Shown: in pieces, positions 31,647 to 40,771 of the stretch | Layout of the letters: each line of letters starts with the position of its first letter | How positions within the stretch are numbered: the first letter of the stretch is position 1 | Source of the DNA: an uncultured Candidatus Saccharimonadales bacterium | Lineage (GTDB): Bacteria; Patescibacteriota; Saccharimonadia; UBA4664 | Direction of reading: 5' to 3' | Length of the DNA stretch: 64,000 bases | Assembly (NCBI GenBank): GCA_964467655.1 | Contig: CAYXSN010000008.1 | Location: forward strand, 78 to 64,077 | Translations under genes and position numbers: made by a program | Notes under the pieces: model-generated | Databases searched by the model: none | The model's input: the letters and a program-made list of their open reading frames with translations, nothing else | Told to the model about the DNA's origin: nothing

Positions 31647-31917
31647 GCTCGAAGTCCACCACTACGACCTCTATCGCCTCGGCGACACAGGAGTGGTAGG
31701 CGACGAACTCGCTGAAGATCTCAACGACCCTCAAGTGATCACAGTGATCGAGTGGGCCGACATTGCTCGCAGCCAACTACCGGCCGACAGGCTGACCATT
31801 ACGTTTGCAGTGACAGCCGAAGACAGTCGGGAGCTGTCATTGGTAGCTGGCGGTCCAATCTCAGGCCAAATTCTTTCCCAGTGGCAGACATCACGCGAAT
31901 CGGAGGCCACCTCATGA
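31417..31917 (+). CDS. tsaE: t6A biosynthesis ATPase TsaE
   Basis: DLGGGKT, SPTF, HYDLYRL, IEW. Confidence 0.95.
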   Translation: MSSAMTYNVSTTGSVATQELAASLAPFLRGGQVLELVSDLGGGKTTFVQGLAKGWGFGGDVGSPTFTINRVYHLKPELEVHHYDLYRLGDTGVVGDELAEDLNDPQVITVIEWADIARSQLPADRLTITFAVTAEDSRELSLVAGGPISGQILSQWQTSRESEATS

Positions 31918-32333
31918 TTCTGGCTCTCAAAGCTGCCGGCCCTACCACTCAAGTGTGGCTAGTTGAAGACGCCCCGACATCCATCGCAGGCCAATTACCG
32001 CCAACCCTGGACTGGCAATCGGGCCGCAATCTGTCCACCGAATTACTTGGCCGGCTCCAAGAGCTTTTAGCTCAGCGCCAATTCACGTTCAAAGACCTCA
32101 CGGGGTTCATTGTCTTTAGTGGCCCCGGTTCGTTTACATCACTACGCATTGGCCACACGGTCGCCAACGCCTTGGCTGACAGCCTCAACCTACCCATCGT
32201 GGGCACCCAGGGGGAGCATTGGCTCGCCCAGGGCTTACAGGTATTACCACAAACTGCTCCTGCCATACCGGCGATCCCTCAGTACGGCGGCCCGGCCCAC
32301 ATTACAACGCCTCGAACCTTGCCCAAATCTTGA
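31914..32333 (+). CDS. tsaB: t6A biosynthesis protein TsaB (short form)
   Basis: GPGSFTSLRIG...ANALA; ATG overlaps the tsaE stop. Confidence 0.9.
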   Translation: MILALKAAGPTTQVWLVEDAPTSIAGQLPPTLDWQSGRNLSTELLGRLQELLAQRQFTFKDLTGFIVFSGPGSFTSLRIGHTVANALADSLNLPIVGTQGEHWLAQGLQVLPQTAPAIPAIPQYGGPAHITTPRTLPKS

Positions 32334-32532
32334 CCCAACTGCCCATCAGGTAGTTTAATGAGATTGTTCGCTTATGACTTGCTGACCTAACACTATCCAA
32401 ATTTACTTTAAGACTATGCTCATGATCTCAACTTCTACCTCCCGCGCCGCCCAAGTCTAGAGCGGCTGTTTGTATATTGTTCACTTTCGGGCGCGGCCAG
32501 GCATTGACACATGAGTACGAGGCACCCATACC

Positions 32533-34047
32533 ATGATCCTTTACGTTATTGTGGCGTTTTTACTGGGTGGTGGCGCCACATTTGCTTACGATAAGTACAG
32601 CAAGGCCCGCCGCTCCCAAGCCGCTACCGAGCAGGCCGACAAAATTATTAAACAGGCCCAAAGCCAAGCCAAAGAATTGGTCAGCGATGCTAAATCAGAA
32701 GCGGCCAAGCTGGCCGACACTGCCCGACAGGAAGAAAAAGAGCGTCGCAGCGAGCTTGCTAAAACTGAACAACAACTGTTAGCCCGCCAAGCCTCCCTCG
32801 ATGCCAAACTCGAAGAGCTCGACAAACGCTCAGAGAAACTGCGCAAGCACGAAGCTGACCTCGACGTCCTCAAGGACGATTTGCGTTCCATTAGATCCAA
32901 ACAACAAGAAAACCTCGAGAAAATTGCTGCTCTCACCAAGGACGAAGCCAAACAAAAGCTGCTCAAAATGACCGAGCGTGATATCAAGCAAGATCTCGTT
33001 AAACTGGTTTCCAAGATGCAAATTGATGCCCAGGAAGAAGCCGACGACAGGGCCCGCATGATTATCGTGTCGGCCATGGAGCGCATGGCATCAGACCAAA
33101 CCGCCGAGCGCACTATCACCACGGTGCCGCTGCCGAGCGAGGAACTCAAGGGTCGCGTCATCGGCAAAGAAGGCCGCAACATCCAGGCGCTCGAGCGGGC
33201 GACAGGTGTTGATGTGATTATCGATGAAACACCCGGCGCCATCGTCTTGTCCAGCTTTGACCCCATGCGTCGCCAAGTTGCTCGTGTTGCCCTCGAAAAA
33301 CTACTCTCAGACGGCCGGATCCACCCTGGCCGTATCGAGGAAGTAGTCGCCAAGGCCAAGGCCGAAGTCGACAAAATGGTCAAAGAAGCCGGCGAGAAGG
33401 CTCTCAAGGAAACCGGTGTGGTCGGTCTGCCGCCGGAGCTTATCAGGTTACTGGGTCAGCTGAAATTTCGCACCAGCTACTCCCAGAACGTGCTCAAACA
33501 CTCAGTCGAAATGGCCAATCTGGCCGGGATGATCGCCACCGAACTAGGCGCCGACGTCCGCATCGCCAAAACCGCCACTTTGTTGCACGACATGGGCAAG
33601 GCAGTCACTCACGAGATTGAAGGCGGCCACCACCACATTGGCGCCGAGCTTGCCCAAAAATACGGTCTCGAAGAAGCTATTGTGCATGCCATCGATGCTC
33701 ATCATGACGACACCGAGGCTACTACCGTGGAAGCCCTCATCGTGAGGGTGTGCGACGCCCTATCGGCCGGTCGCCCGGGTGCTCGCGGTGATACTCTCGA
33801 AAACTACGCCAAGCGTATGACCGAATTGGAGAATCTGGCGAATGCCTTCCCGGGTGTCGACAAATGTTACGCCATCTCGGCCGGTCGTGAAATCAGAGTG
33901 ATTGTCACTCCTGAGCGCATTGACGACCTCCAGGCCATCCAAATGGCCCGTGACATCGCCACCAAGGTTGAGGCCACGCTCAAGTATCCAGGCGTCATCA
34001 AGGTGAACGTCATTCGCGAAACCCGCGCCATCGAGTTCGCCAAATAG
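32533..34047 (+). CDS. rny: Ribonuclease Y
   Basis: TM, coiled coil, KH (KGRVIGKEGRNI), HD (LLHDMGK), RPGAR. Confidence 0.98.
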   Translation: MILYVIVAFLLGGGATFAYDKYSKARRSQAATEQADKIIKQAQSQAKELVSDAKSEAAKLADTARQEEKERRSELAKTEQQLLARQASLDAKLEELDKRSEKLRKHEADLDVLKDDLRSIRSKQQENLEKIAALTKDEAKQKLLKMTERDIKQDLVKLVSKMQIDAQEEADDRARMIIVSAMERMASDQTAERTITTVPLPSEELKGRVIGKEGRNIQALERATGVDVIIDETPGAIVLSSFDPMRRQVARVALEKLLSDGRIHPGRIEEVVAKAKAEVDKMVKEAGEKALKETGVVGLPPELIRLLGQLKFRTSYSQNVLKHSVEMANLAGMIATELGADVRIAKTATLLHDMGKAVTHEIEGGHHHIGAELAQKYGLEEAIVHAIDAHHDDTEATTVEALIVRVCDALSAGRPGARGDTLENYAKRMTELENLANAFPGVDKCYAISAGREIRVIVTPERIDDLQAIQMARDIATKVEATLKYPGVIKVNVIRETRAIEFAK

Positions 34048-34111
34048 CTGACAATATGGTATAACAAATTATCGGAAATATTCCGTGCAAAGTTCAAAAA
34101 AATGAGAGAAG

Positions 34112-34921
34112 GTGGTAATTGTGGCCAGCAGCAAACAACTGCATTTCGCTGTTGCACCAGTATCGGGTCGGCCAGGTTACTATCTACTGACCTGTCTGAA
34201 TGGTACAAATCCCCGGGCGGGCGCCAAGTTGGTCCTACCCGACCACATCGCCCAGCTGCCATCCGGACTTGCCGAGGCGCTGCGGCAATTTCTCAAGCCT
34301 AGTGAAGCGGTTCAGCATAGCTACCGGATCCATCTTGACCAGACCCGGTCGAAGCAACTGCAAACCCAATTGCAGATCGTGACAGGTCTCGTCAATGAAG
34401 CCGGTTACCAGGCCGTCATGTGGCTTGCCAAGCTCGAGGGTAAGCAGCTGACATTGCGCCGCCGCTACAATGTGGTGTGCACTGATGTAGGCCTGTTACT
34501 GAGCCTGTCGCCCGCTTACGATACAGCTCACCTGGAAACGTCCCAGATCAAAGACTATCGTTATCCCGTCGGAATCGTGTTCGTCAAACCCAGGTTTGGT
34601 GTAAGGCGAAACAAGGTGGTATTCAGTGTATCGGGCTGCCTCGGAGAAAAACCCAACATGCTGCTCGCCATGAGCGGCTTAGTTCGGCCGTTCCGAGACT
34701 TGCGAGCTGTCGAGCGGGCCTTGGGTTTGGTCGAAGGCGATATCGCCTGGGTGGAAGACACGTTCATCAGGGTTAAGCTACCCCAGGGCTTAAGTCGGCA
34801 GCAGCTCATGAAGGTCTTAGAGCGTTACTGCCTTCAGGCCGGCCACGAGGTTTCGTTTTGGCATTACTGGCGCTTGCCGTTCACTGGCATATACATCTGG
34901 CGCCGGCCAGTTTCCATCTAG
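34112..34921 (+). CDS. Hypothetical protein
   Basis: 269-aa ORF filling the gap after rny. Confidence 0.55.
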   Translation: MVIVASSKQLHFAVAPVSGRPGYYLLTCLNGTNPRAGAKLVLPDHIAQLPSGLAEALRQFLKPSEAVQHSYRIHLDQTRSKQLQTQLQIVTGLVNEAGYQAVMWLAKLEGKQLTLRRRYNVVCTDVGLLLSLSPAYDTAHLETSQIKDYRYPVGIVFVKPRFGVRRNKVVFSVSGCLGEKPNMLLAMSGLVRPFRDLRAVERALGLVEGDIAWVEDTFIRVKLPQGLSRQQLMKVLERYCLQAGHEVSFWHYWRLPFTGIYIWRRPVSI

Positions 34922-35005
34922 GGATTCCCGCAGAAAGGAGCCAAGAACATGATGGTCTACGTTCCTCCCCATTAAGGTGCCAAGGTGGCACACGAAAGGG
35001 GAGAC

Positions 35006-35179
35006 ATGTCTCGCTCCGGAAAATCCAAGGCCAACGACTACGAGACCCAGCGCCTCAACCGCCAGAACCGCCGCAGCGCCAAGGCAGCCATCAGGAGGCT
35101 CGACCGGGTCGACGCCGAAGTCTTCGACATCAAGCCCGGCCGCTGGAGCCGCCGCACTGTCCGCTGGAACCTCAGCTGA
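35006..35179 (+). CDS. Small basic hypothetical protein
   Basis: SD GGGGAG, MSRS...W terminus, GC3-rich codons, terminator 35185-35214. Confidence 0.65.
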   Translation: MSRSGKSKANDYETQRLNRQNRRSAKAAIRRLDRVDAEVFDIKPGRWSRRTVRWNLS

Positions 35180-35242
35180 CACCATGCCCCGGACAACTCA
35201 TGTTGTCCGGGGCGCGCTATTTATGGTATAACTACATTTATT

Positions 35243-36046
35243 ATGAAATTACTCTATTTGGGCGACATCATGGGCCGGCCTGGCCGCGAAACGGTCCAAA
35301 AGCTCCTGCCCAGTCTGGTGGCCGAGCGGCAGATTGACGTTGTGGTTGCTCAGGGTGAAAACCTGTCGCACGGTAAAGGCCTGTTGCCGCATCACGCCCA
35401 AGCCATGCTCGATACCGGAATCACGGCTCTCACCGGCGGCGATTGGACACTGCACCGGCCCGAAATCCATCAGTGGTTGGAAGACCCTGCCAAGCCCCTC
35501 GTGCGCCCAGCCAATTACCCGGCCGGCACACCGGGCCGTGGCTACAAATTTGTGGACACACCTTTCGGCAAAGTACTTATCATCAGTCTGCTCGGTCAAA
35601 CTGTTGGGTACCGCCAGCCGGAAAACCTCGATAATCCGCTGACGACAGTCGATACAATCCTGGAAGACACCAAGCACCAAACCCGGGTGGCTACCATCGT
35701 GAATTTGCACGGCGACTATTCATCAGAAAAGTACGTTATCGGACAATACCTGGACGGCCGCGTCACAGCCGTAGTGGGCGACCACTGGCACATCCCGACG
35801 GCTGACGCCCGCGTCTTGCCCGGCGGCACTGCCCATATTACTGACGTCGGTATGGTGGGTTCGCGCGACTCCTGCCTGGGCATTCAGACTGACATTATCA
35901 CTCGCCGCTGGCTCACCGGCGACCGCAGTCGCAACGAGCTCGAAACCGCAGGCACCCGCCAGTTATGCGGCGTCATTATCACGGTTGACACTCAGACTAG
36001 CCTTGCCACAGCCATTGAGCAGGTCATACAATTAGTCTCACCATGA
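35243..36046 (+). CDS. ymdB: YmdB/TIGR00282 metallophosphoesterase
   Basis: GDI.G.PGR, GEN..HG.G, RPANYP..TPG.G, ITDVGM.G. Confidence 0.92.
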   Translation: MKLLYLGDIMGRPGRETVQKLLPSLVAERQIDVVVAQGENLSHGKGLLPHHAQAMLDTGITALTGGDWTLHRPEIHQWLEDPAKPLVRPANYPAGTPGRGYKFVDTPFGKVLIISLLGQTVGYRQPENLDNPLTTVDTILEDTKHQTRVATIVNLHGDYSSEKYVIGQYLDGRVTAVVGDHWHIPTADARVLPGGTAHITDVGMVGSRDSCLGIQTDIITRRWLTGDRSRNELETAGTRQLCGVIITVDTQTSLATAIEQVIQLVSP

Positions 36047-36315
36047 CGAAACAGCAACTTATCGAACTCCTCGCGACCGAATCAAACTTAACCAAGCGCC
36101 AATCAGAGCGCACGCTTAATACGCTCTTGGACATTATCGAACGCACCCTAGCCGCAGGCGAGCGTGTGAGCATCTCTGGCTTTGGTACCTTTGACACCAC
36201 CAATCGCAACGCCCGCCGCGGTGTCGACCCCCGCACCGGCGCCCCTATCGAGATTCCGGCCATGACCCTGGCCCAGTTCCGGCCTGGCCACCAACTCAAA
36301 ACCACAGTCAAATAA
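36043..36315 (+). CDS. hup: HU family DNA-binding protein
   Basis: GFGTF...R.ARRG..P.TG..I.IPA. Confidence 0.95.
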   Translation: MTKQQLIELLATESNLTKRQSERTLNTLLDIIERTLAAGERVSISGFGTFDTTNRNARRGVDPRTGAPIEIPAMTLAQFRPGHQLKTTVK

Positions 36316-36325
36316 ATATAATTCC

Positions 36326-36402
36326 TGGTGCCCCCGGCAGGATTCGAACCTGCGACCATTGGCTTAGAAGTCCACTGCTCTATCCAGCTGAGCTACAGGG
36401 GC
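36326..36402 (-). tRNA. tRNA-Arg(TCT)
   Basis: GCCCCTG/CGGGGGC acceptor, CTTCTAA loop, GGTTCGAATCC, encoded CCA. Confidence 0.9.
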
Positions 36403-36417
36403 GGGCAAATGATACCT

Positions 36418-36492
36418 TGGTGCGGGTAGCGGGAATCGAACCCACATCCTCTGCTTGGAAGGCAGATACACTAGCCGTTGTGCGATACCCGC
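36418..36492 (-). tRNA. tRNA-Gly(TCC)
   Basis: TCTGC-CTTCCAA-GCAGA anticodon arm, GGTTCGATTCC, CCA. Confidence 0.95.
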
Positions 36493-36599
36493 AAGAATCA
36501 ATATTTGCAAACGTTATTATATCAGATGATGGTGCATGTTGCGTATAAATGAGGTGTCCCCCGGTGACCGAAGTCACCGGGGGACGGGGTTGCGAGGGG

Positions 36600-36938
36600 T
36601 CAGGCGTTGGTGGCCGGCCGCCTGCGCCTCTTCGGAGCCAGCTCGGCGAGACGCCGCTCCAGCTCCGCCTTCTCCTCCTTGGTGAGGCGGGCCTTCAGGC
36701 GCGTCCGCTCTCGCGTGGCGCCAAGGCCGAAACCGAGGCGCTCGTCGAGCAGGTCCAGCTGATCGAGGGCCGTGCGCCCGTCGCGCTCCTCCTGCTTCGA
36801 GGCCACCGCCTCGCGGCGGTCCGCCGCCGTGCGGTGGTGGCTGCGGGCGCCCTTGTGGGCGTCGCAGTTGACCGTAAGGCCGCCGTGTCGACGGCAGGTC
36901 TGCGGCGTGCCGGACTCGGTCTGGGGCTTCTTGGCCAT
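36600..36938 (-). CDS. Basic hypothetical protein
   Basis: TTGACA-17-TAGTAT promoter (37022-37050), SD GGGAGG, terminator 36556-36585; high GC. Confidence 0.7.
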   Translation of the reverse strand: MAKKPQTESGTPQTCRRHGGLTVNCDAHKGARSHHRTAADRREAVASKQEERDGRTALDQLDLLDERLGFGLGATRERTRLKARLTKEEKAELERRLAELAPKRRRRPATNA

Positions 36939-37024
36939 TGCTGGCCTCCCTTCACGTGCCCTGATTAGGGCATCTGGGTTTGGACAGGATCGTCAGGCCG
37001 TTGTGCGCCTGAACGCAGTAAATA

Positions 37025-37675
37025 CTAACACAATTTCTTAATTTTGTCAATATTATCAGCTATCTCATCCGCCACAGCCCGCACCGCCGGCCTGTCGGCA
37101 TGTGCCACGTATGCCACAAAGGTATCGGCTAGACCCGCCCGCCGTACCTCATAATCAGTCATGCCATCGCCCACCATCACCACGCCGCCATCCAGGCTCA
37201 GTGACCGCACCGCCAGCACTTTGCCGTCATCCTGCGCCAACGGCCGTCCCGTCTCATAACCTCGGGCTACACCGTCGGTATCCCATATCAATCTGTTAGC
37301 CAGCACATGATCAGCGCGCAAACCGAGCCGCTCTACCACCGGCACGATCCAATCATCGAAACCGCCGCTCACCACCCACACGGCATTAGATCGCTTGGCC
37401 AGCCAGTCTGCCTCGCGCACAAACGAATTATCTACCGCCTCGTGCAGCGAATCTATCAACGCCTCCACCTGATTTCGTCGCGGCGACACCAAGGCCATGC
37501 GTTGTCGTAAACTATCAGCAAAACCAATCCTGCCCTCCATGCCGGCTGCAGTAATGTTGGCAATCTGAGCCGCTTTGGCCTCTCCATCAGGGTCTCCGGC
37601 CAGTACCATTCGTGCCAGTTCGTCAAGGCTCTCCACCCGCACAATTGTACTGTCGAAATCGAGTATAAAATTCAT
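37025..37675 (-). CDS. HAD-IB phosphatase, phosphoserine-phosphatase-like
   Basis: DFDST, ITAAGMEG, VSGGF, VGDGMTD. Confidence 0.88.
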   Translation of the reverse strand: MNFILDFDSTIVRVESLDELARMVLAGDPDGEAKAAQIANITAAGMEGRIGFADSLRQRMALVSPRRNQVEALIDSLHEAVDNSFVREADWLAKRSNAVWVVSGGFDDWIVPVVERLGLRADHVLANRLIWDTDGVARGYETGRPLAQDDGKVLAVRSLSLDGGVVMVGDGMTDYEVRRAGLADTFVAYVAHADRPAVRAVADEIADNIDKIKKLC

Positions 37676-37685
37676 AAATAATGAC

Positions 37686-37762
37686 TGGTCGGGGTGAAAG
37701 GACTCGAACCTTCGACCTCCTGCTCCCAAAGCAGGCGCGCTAGCCAACTGCGCCACACCCCG
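37686..37762 (-). tRNA. tRNA-Pro(TGG)
   Basis: CGGGGTG acceptor, CCTGC-TTTGGGA-GCAGG arm, CCA. Confidence 0.96.
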
Positions 37763-37860
37763 ATGTACGATCCGTATCATTATACGGCCATACTCCGATA
37801 AGGTCTAGATTTATGAACCAAAATAGGGTAGAGTACGATAGTATTTTTTCATACCCATGT

Positions 37861-37926
<66 letters not shown>

Positions 37927-37938
<12 letters not shown>

Positions 37939-38306
37939 GGAATTATAAACAGCGGCAAATGCCGCTGTTTTTGTGTCCACATCGGGATAATCGGCGGTTC
38001 TAACCCTTTCGTATTCGGCGGCCAGGGCGGGATAGCGTTCTGCGATCGGAATGAGCCATTTATTGGGTTCAATACGCAGCTTTCCGTCTAAAAGCGTGGG
38101 GTTCGAACCTAATGCGCTCAATATGCTCCGCTTTGTCTCATAGCTGCCGCTGGCAAAGGCCTCGCGGGCGCCGCACGCAAACTTGAACGTCTGCTCCGTA
38201 AGCTCAAACCACTTTTCGGCGCGGCCGGCCGTTTCGCGCTGCTCTTTTTCCAGCCGAGCGATTTGTGCCTTAAGCGTCTCGCGCTCTTTCGTGAATTCCT
38301 CATCCT
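37927..38306 (-). pseudogene. C-terminal remnant of a large serine recombinase reading into the tRNA-His 3' end
   Basis: Coiled coil then FA..AREAF..G..ETKR.IL..LGSN..L.DGKL, typical of tRNA-abutting recombinase tails; cut at the IS end; no catalytic domain present. Confidence 0.7.
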
Positions 38307-38308
38307 TG

Positions 38309-39205
38309 TCAACCTCTACTTTTTCCGGACACCAATTCTCTTTCATCTAAGCTAGATCTGAGCTTTGCAGCATAAGCTGCTGGCGGCATTTTCAACGCGG
38401 TGTGAATGCGCTGGTGGTTGTAATAATAAATGGCTCGGGCAATGGCTTCGTGGAAATGCGGCAGGTCTTGGTATTGGTTGAGTGGGCCAAGTTCAAGCTG
38501 AATTGTCCACATGAATCGTTCCATGAACCCATTTTGCCAAGGGCTGGCTTTGTCGGAGCAGGATAGCGTAATTTCGAGTCGGTCGCACAATTCCTGGTGC
38601 TTGTAGCTGAGGTATTCGGTGCCTTGGTCGGAATGCAGGATGTCCGGTGTTGGGTGTTTACTCAGCGCGTCTACGACGGCCGCATACGTCAGTTCACTGG
38701 AATGGCTCAGTCCCAACTGCCAGCCCAATATCTGCCGGGTTGCCAGGTCAAGAACCACGGCCAAGTACCAGTAATACCGGCCAAGCCACAAGTAGGTGAA
38801 GTCTTGCACCCAAGCCCCGGAACGCACCATACCGGCGTAGCTTTGGCCATCCTGAGGCCGGTTAGGGTCGCGAAAGGTAGCGTAGGACTTGAGGGCATTG
38901 CCGGGTGCCGTAATCTCGGCCGGTACCGTCCGAGTGGTTTTGCGCTTCTTACTCGGTCGGGGAATAACCAGACCTGCCAGGTTGCGGATGCGCCGGGTTT
39001 TCTTCTCACTCCAACGCAGGTGGAGTGCCAGCCGCTCGACGCCGTATAACGGGTGTTGGGCATGGGCCGCCAGGAGCTCTTGGATTGCGAGCTCGTCCCG
39101 ACTCCGCAAGGTTACGGGCTGGTCGTAGTAGCTGCTGAGCGATATCCTCAGCCTGGCTACAAAATGCCGGCGCCATCCCGGCTCGACTTCTTCCAGGATG
39201 GCTAG
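38309..39205 (-). CDS. IS3 transposase OrfB (DDE), reached by -1 frameshift
   Basis: W.QDFTY, HSDQG.EY, PWQNG.MER, YYN..RIH.AL. Confidence 0.9.
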   Translation of the reverse strand, partial: LAILEEVEPGWRRHFVARLRISLSSYYDQPVTLRSRDELAIQELLAAHAQHPLYGVERLALHLRWSEKKTRRIRNLAGLVIPRPSKKRKTTRTVPAEITAPGNALKSYATFRDPNRPQDGQSYAGMVRSGAWVQDFTYLWLGRYYWYLAVVLDLATRQILGWQLGLSHSSELTYAAVVDALSKHPTPDILHSDQGTEYLSYKHQELCDRLEITLSCSDKASPWQNGFMERFMWTIQLELGPLNQYQDLPHFHEAIARAIYYYNHQRIHTALKMPPAAYAAKLRSSLDERELVSGKSRG

Positions 39206-39459
39206 CTTTTTGGGCGTTGCATTTCGGCGGTAGCCCGACCGAGTAAACGGTATGCCTGCTCCAGCTCTTTCTTGAGCCGGTTGTTTTCGAGTATAAGGTT
39301 GCGATTGCCGTCTACGACGCCCTCGCGGAGCCAGTTGTAGATGGTTTTACTTGAAATGCCATACGTGTTGCTGACTTCAGTAACACTCACGCCTTCATGG
39401 CGTATTTTGGCAATAATCTCAGTTTTGGTTTGGGGGTCGGTGGTTTTGCCGGTTGGCAT
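39202..39459 (-). CDS. IS3 transposase OrfA (HTH)
   Basis: GIS.KTIYNW, ENNRLKKELE; ends at slippery CCCAAAAAG. Confidence 0.9.
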   Translation of the reverse strand: MPTGKTTDPQTKTEIIAKIRHEGVSVTEVSNTYGISSKTIYNWLREGVVDGNRNLILENNRLKKELEQAYRLLGRATAEMQRPKS

Positions 39460-39545
39460 CTGGACACGCTCCTTACGAGTGATTTGCGTAGTTTATACGG
39501 TTATCTTGAAAGAGACAACATGTCCATTATTAGGGCAGGGTTACA

Positions 39546-39703
39546 ATGGCGAGCTGCGACAAAAGCGAGCGGACACGCTCGTGCGTACCCTTGAAAAAGA
39601 GTACGACATAGACCTCGGCCGTCGTGGTGATATGCGGCTCGGCACCCTCCGTAAGGAGCTAGGTGTCACCGATATCAAGGACATCCTGAAGCGCAGCCGT
39701 TAA
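39546..39703 (+). pseudogene. 5'-truncated small protein gene
   Basis: GELRQKRADTLVRTLEKEYDIDL..RGDMRLGTL begins exactly at the IS end and has no start of its own. Confidence 0.55.
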
Positions 39704-39842
39704 GGCTTAGCTCTTGATGAGAGGGGGAACCAGGTAAACTTCCCACTCGCACAAAGTTCCAAGCTATATTGCTTATGGTCAATATAACATAAGCGTAATG
39801 GAGTGATCAGCTTAAGCGGCCAGCTATTGATATTTAAGCTTG

Positions 39843-39871
39843 GCGGTTCTAAGGTCGTCCGCTATCCGGAA
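39843..39871 (+). repeat. att-like site 1 (arm only, CCA core absent)
   Basis: GCGGTTCTAAGGTCGTCCGCTATCCGG, near-identical to the arm of site 2. Confidence 0.7.
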
Positions 39872-39964
39872 ACTTGCAATTATTATACTTTTATGCTAAT
39901 ATAGCACTTATCTTGCCTCCACTAGGACGCAAGCGCCATCCATCCCATAGGATCGGAGAACATC

Positions 39965-40585
39965 ATGCCCGGTGAGGTTATTCGCGTGCCTCGCACCACC
40001 GCCCTCTTCATCAACGGCCTCGGACGCATCCTGCGGGATGAGTTGGGCTACCCTGTGTTTATCGAGGAGTCCTGGACGTTCGAACACACAGCTCAGTGGG
40101 AGGAGTGCGGTCGTAAAAGCCAGTGCTCGCTTCACAACAACACGGAGCAGTGCATCGATCACGACTACGAGAAGTGCCAGTGCTTCATGCCGTGCTACGA
40201 ATACCGCCACGATGTCTACATGGGCGAAGGCTTCTTCTTCGCTACCGGCCACCGCGTCGAGGTTCGTTGCCGCATCTCGCTCACGCATTGGGATGCCGGC
40301 GGCGACCTCATTGACATCGAGCTGTGGGTCCAGGACAAGGACGGTCCCGTCCAGTCAAAACTGTTCAGTATTGGCTTCGACGGCCGCCCCCGTGCCGAGG
40401 CAGAAAAGCCAACGCTGGCGTTCCCGCCGAATCGGTTCGCCTTCTGGAAGGACCACCCCGGTCTTAAGACTCACCGTAAGAGCCGGCAGGGCTACCGGCT
40501 GGAGCGCCTGCTCCGGCGCCACCGCCCTGAATCCTGGGAATCCGCTCTCCTCCGGCAACGCCTGACACCGGCCAGCCGGGGATAA
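39965..40585 (+). CDS. Cys-rich hypothetical cassette protein
   Basis: TTGCAA-17-TAATAT promoter, SD GGAG, terminator 40603-40639. Confidence 0.7.
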   Translation: MPGEVIRVPRTTALFINGLGRILRDELGYPVFIEESWTFEHTAQWEECGRKSQCSLHNNTEQCIDHDYEKCQCFMPCYEYRHDVYMGEGFFFATGHRVEVRCRISLTHWDAGGDLIDIELWVQDKDGPVQSKLFSIGFDGRPRAEAEKPTLAFPPNRFAFWKDHPGLKTHRKSRQGYRLERLLRRHRPESWESALLRQRLTPASRG

Positions 40586-40677
40586 TTAGCCCGCCTACTA
40601 CAAGAACGCCTTCCGGCCCTTGTGGTCGGCGGGCGTTCTGCTTTTACGAAGCGGACGCCAAGCTACCGAATAATACT

Positions 40678-40717
40678 GCGGTTCTAACGTCGTCCACTAT
40701 CCGGCCCCAGGAATTAT
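40678..40717 (+). repeat. att-like site 2
   Basis: GCGGTTCTA-N20-CCAGGAATTAT then terminator hairpin; CCCCAGGAATTAT identical to the tRNA-His 3' junction. Confidence 0.85.
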
Positions 40718-40771
40718 TAAGATAATAGCTCCATAGAGCCATTATCTTGTTTTTGTTAAACTGGTCTTACC

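Larger units (their letters stand above)
38307..39545 (-). mobile_element. IS3-family insertion sequence
   Basis: Imperfect 25-bp terminal IRs (TGTCAACCT...GGACA / TGTAACCCT...GGACA), orfA plus orfB; no target duplication. Confidence 0.9.

Noticed and set aside
37676-37780. N-terminal extension of the HAD phosphatase ORF
   Set aside because: It is a translation of tRNA-Pro; the real start is ATG 37675.
38307-38346. N-terminus (MKENWC...) of the 139-aa ORF
   Set aside because: It comes from the IS3 terminal repeat, not from the recombinase.
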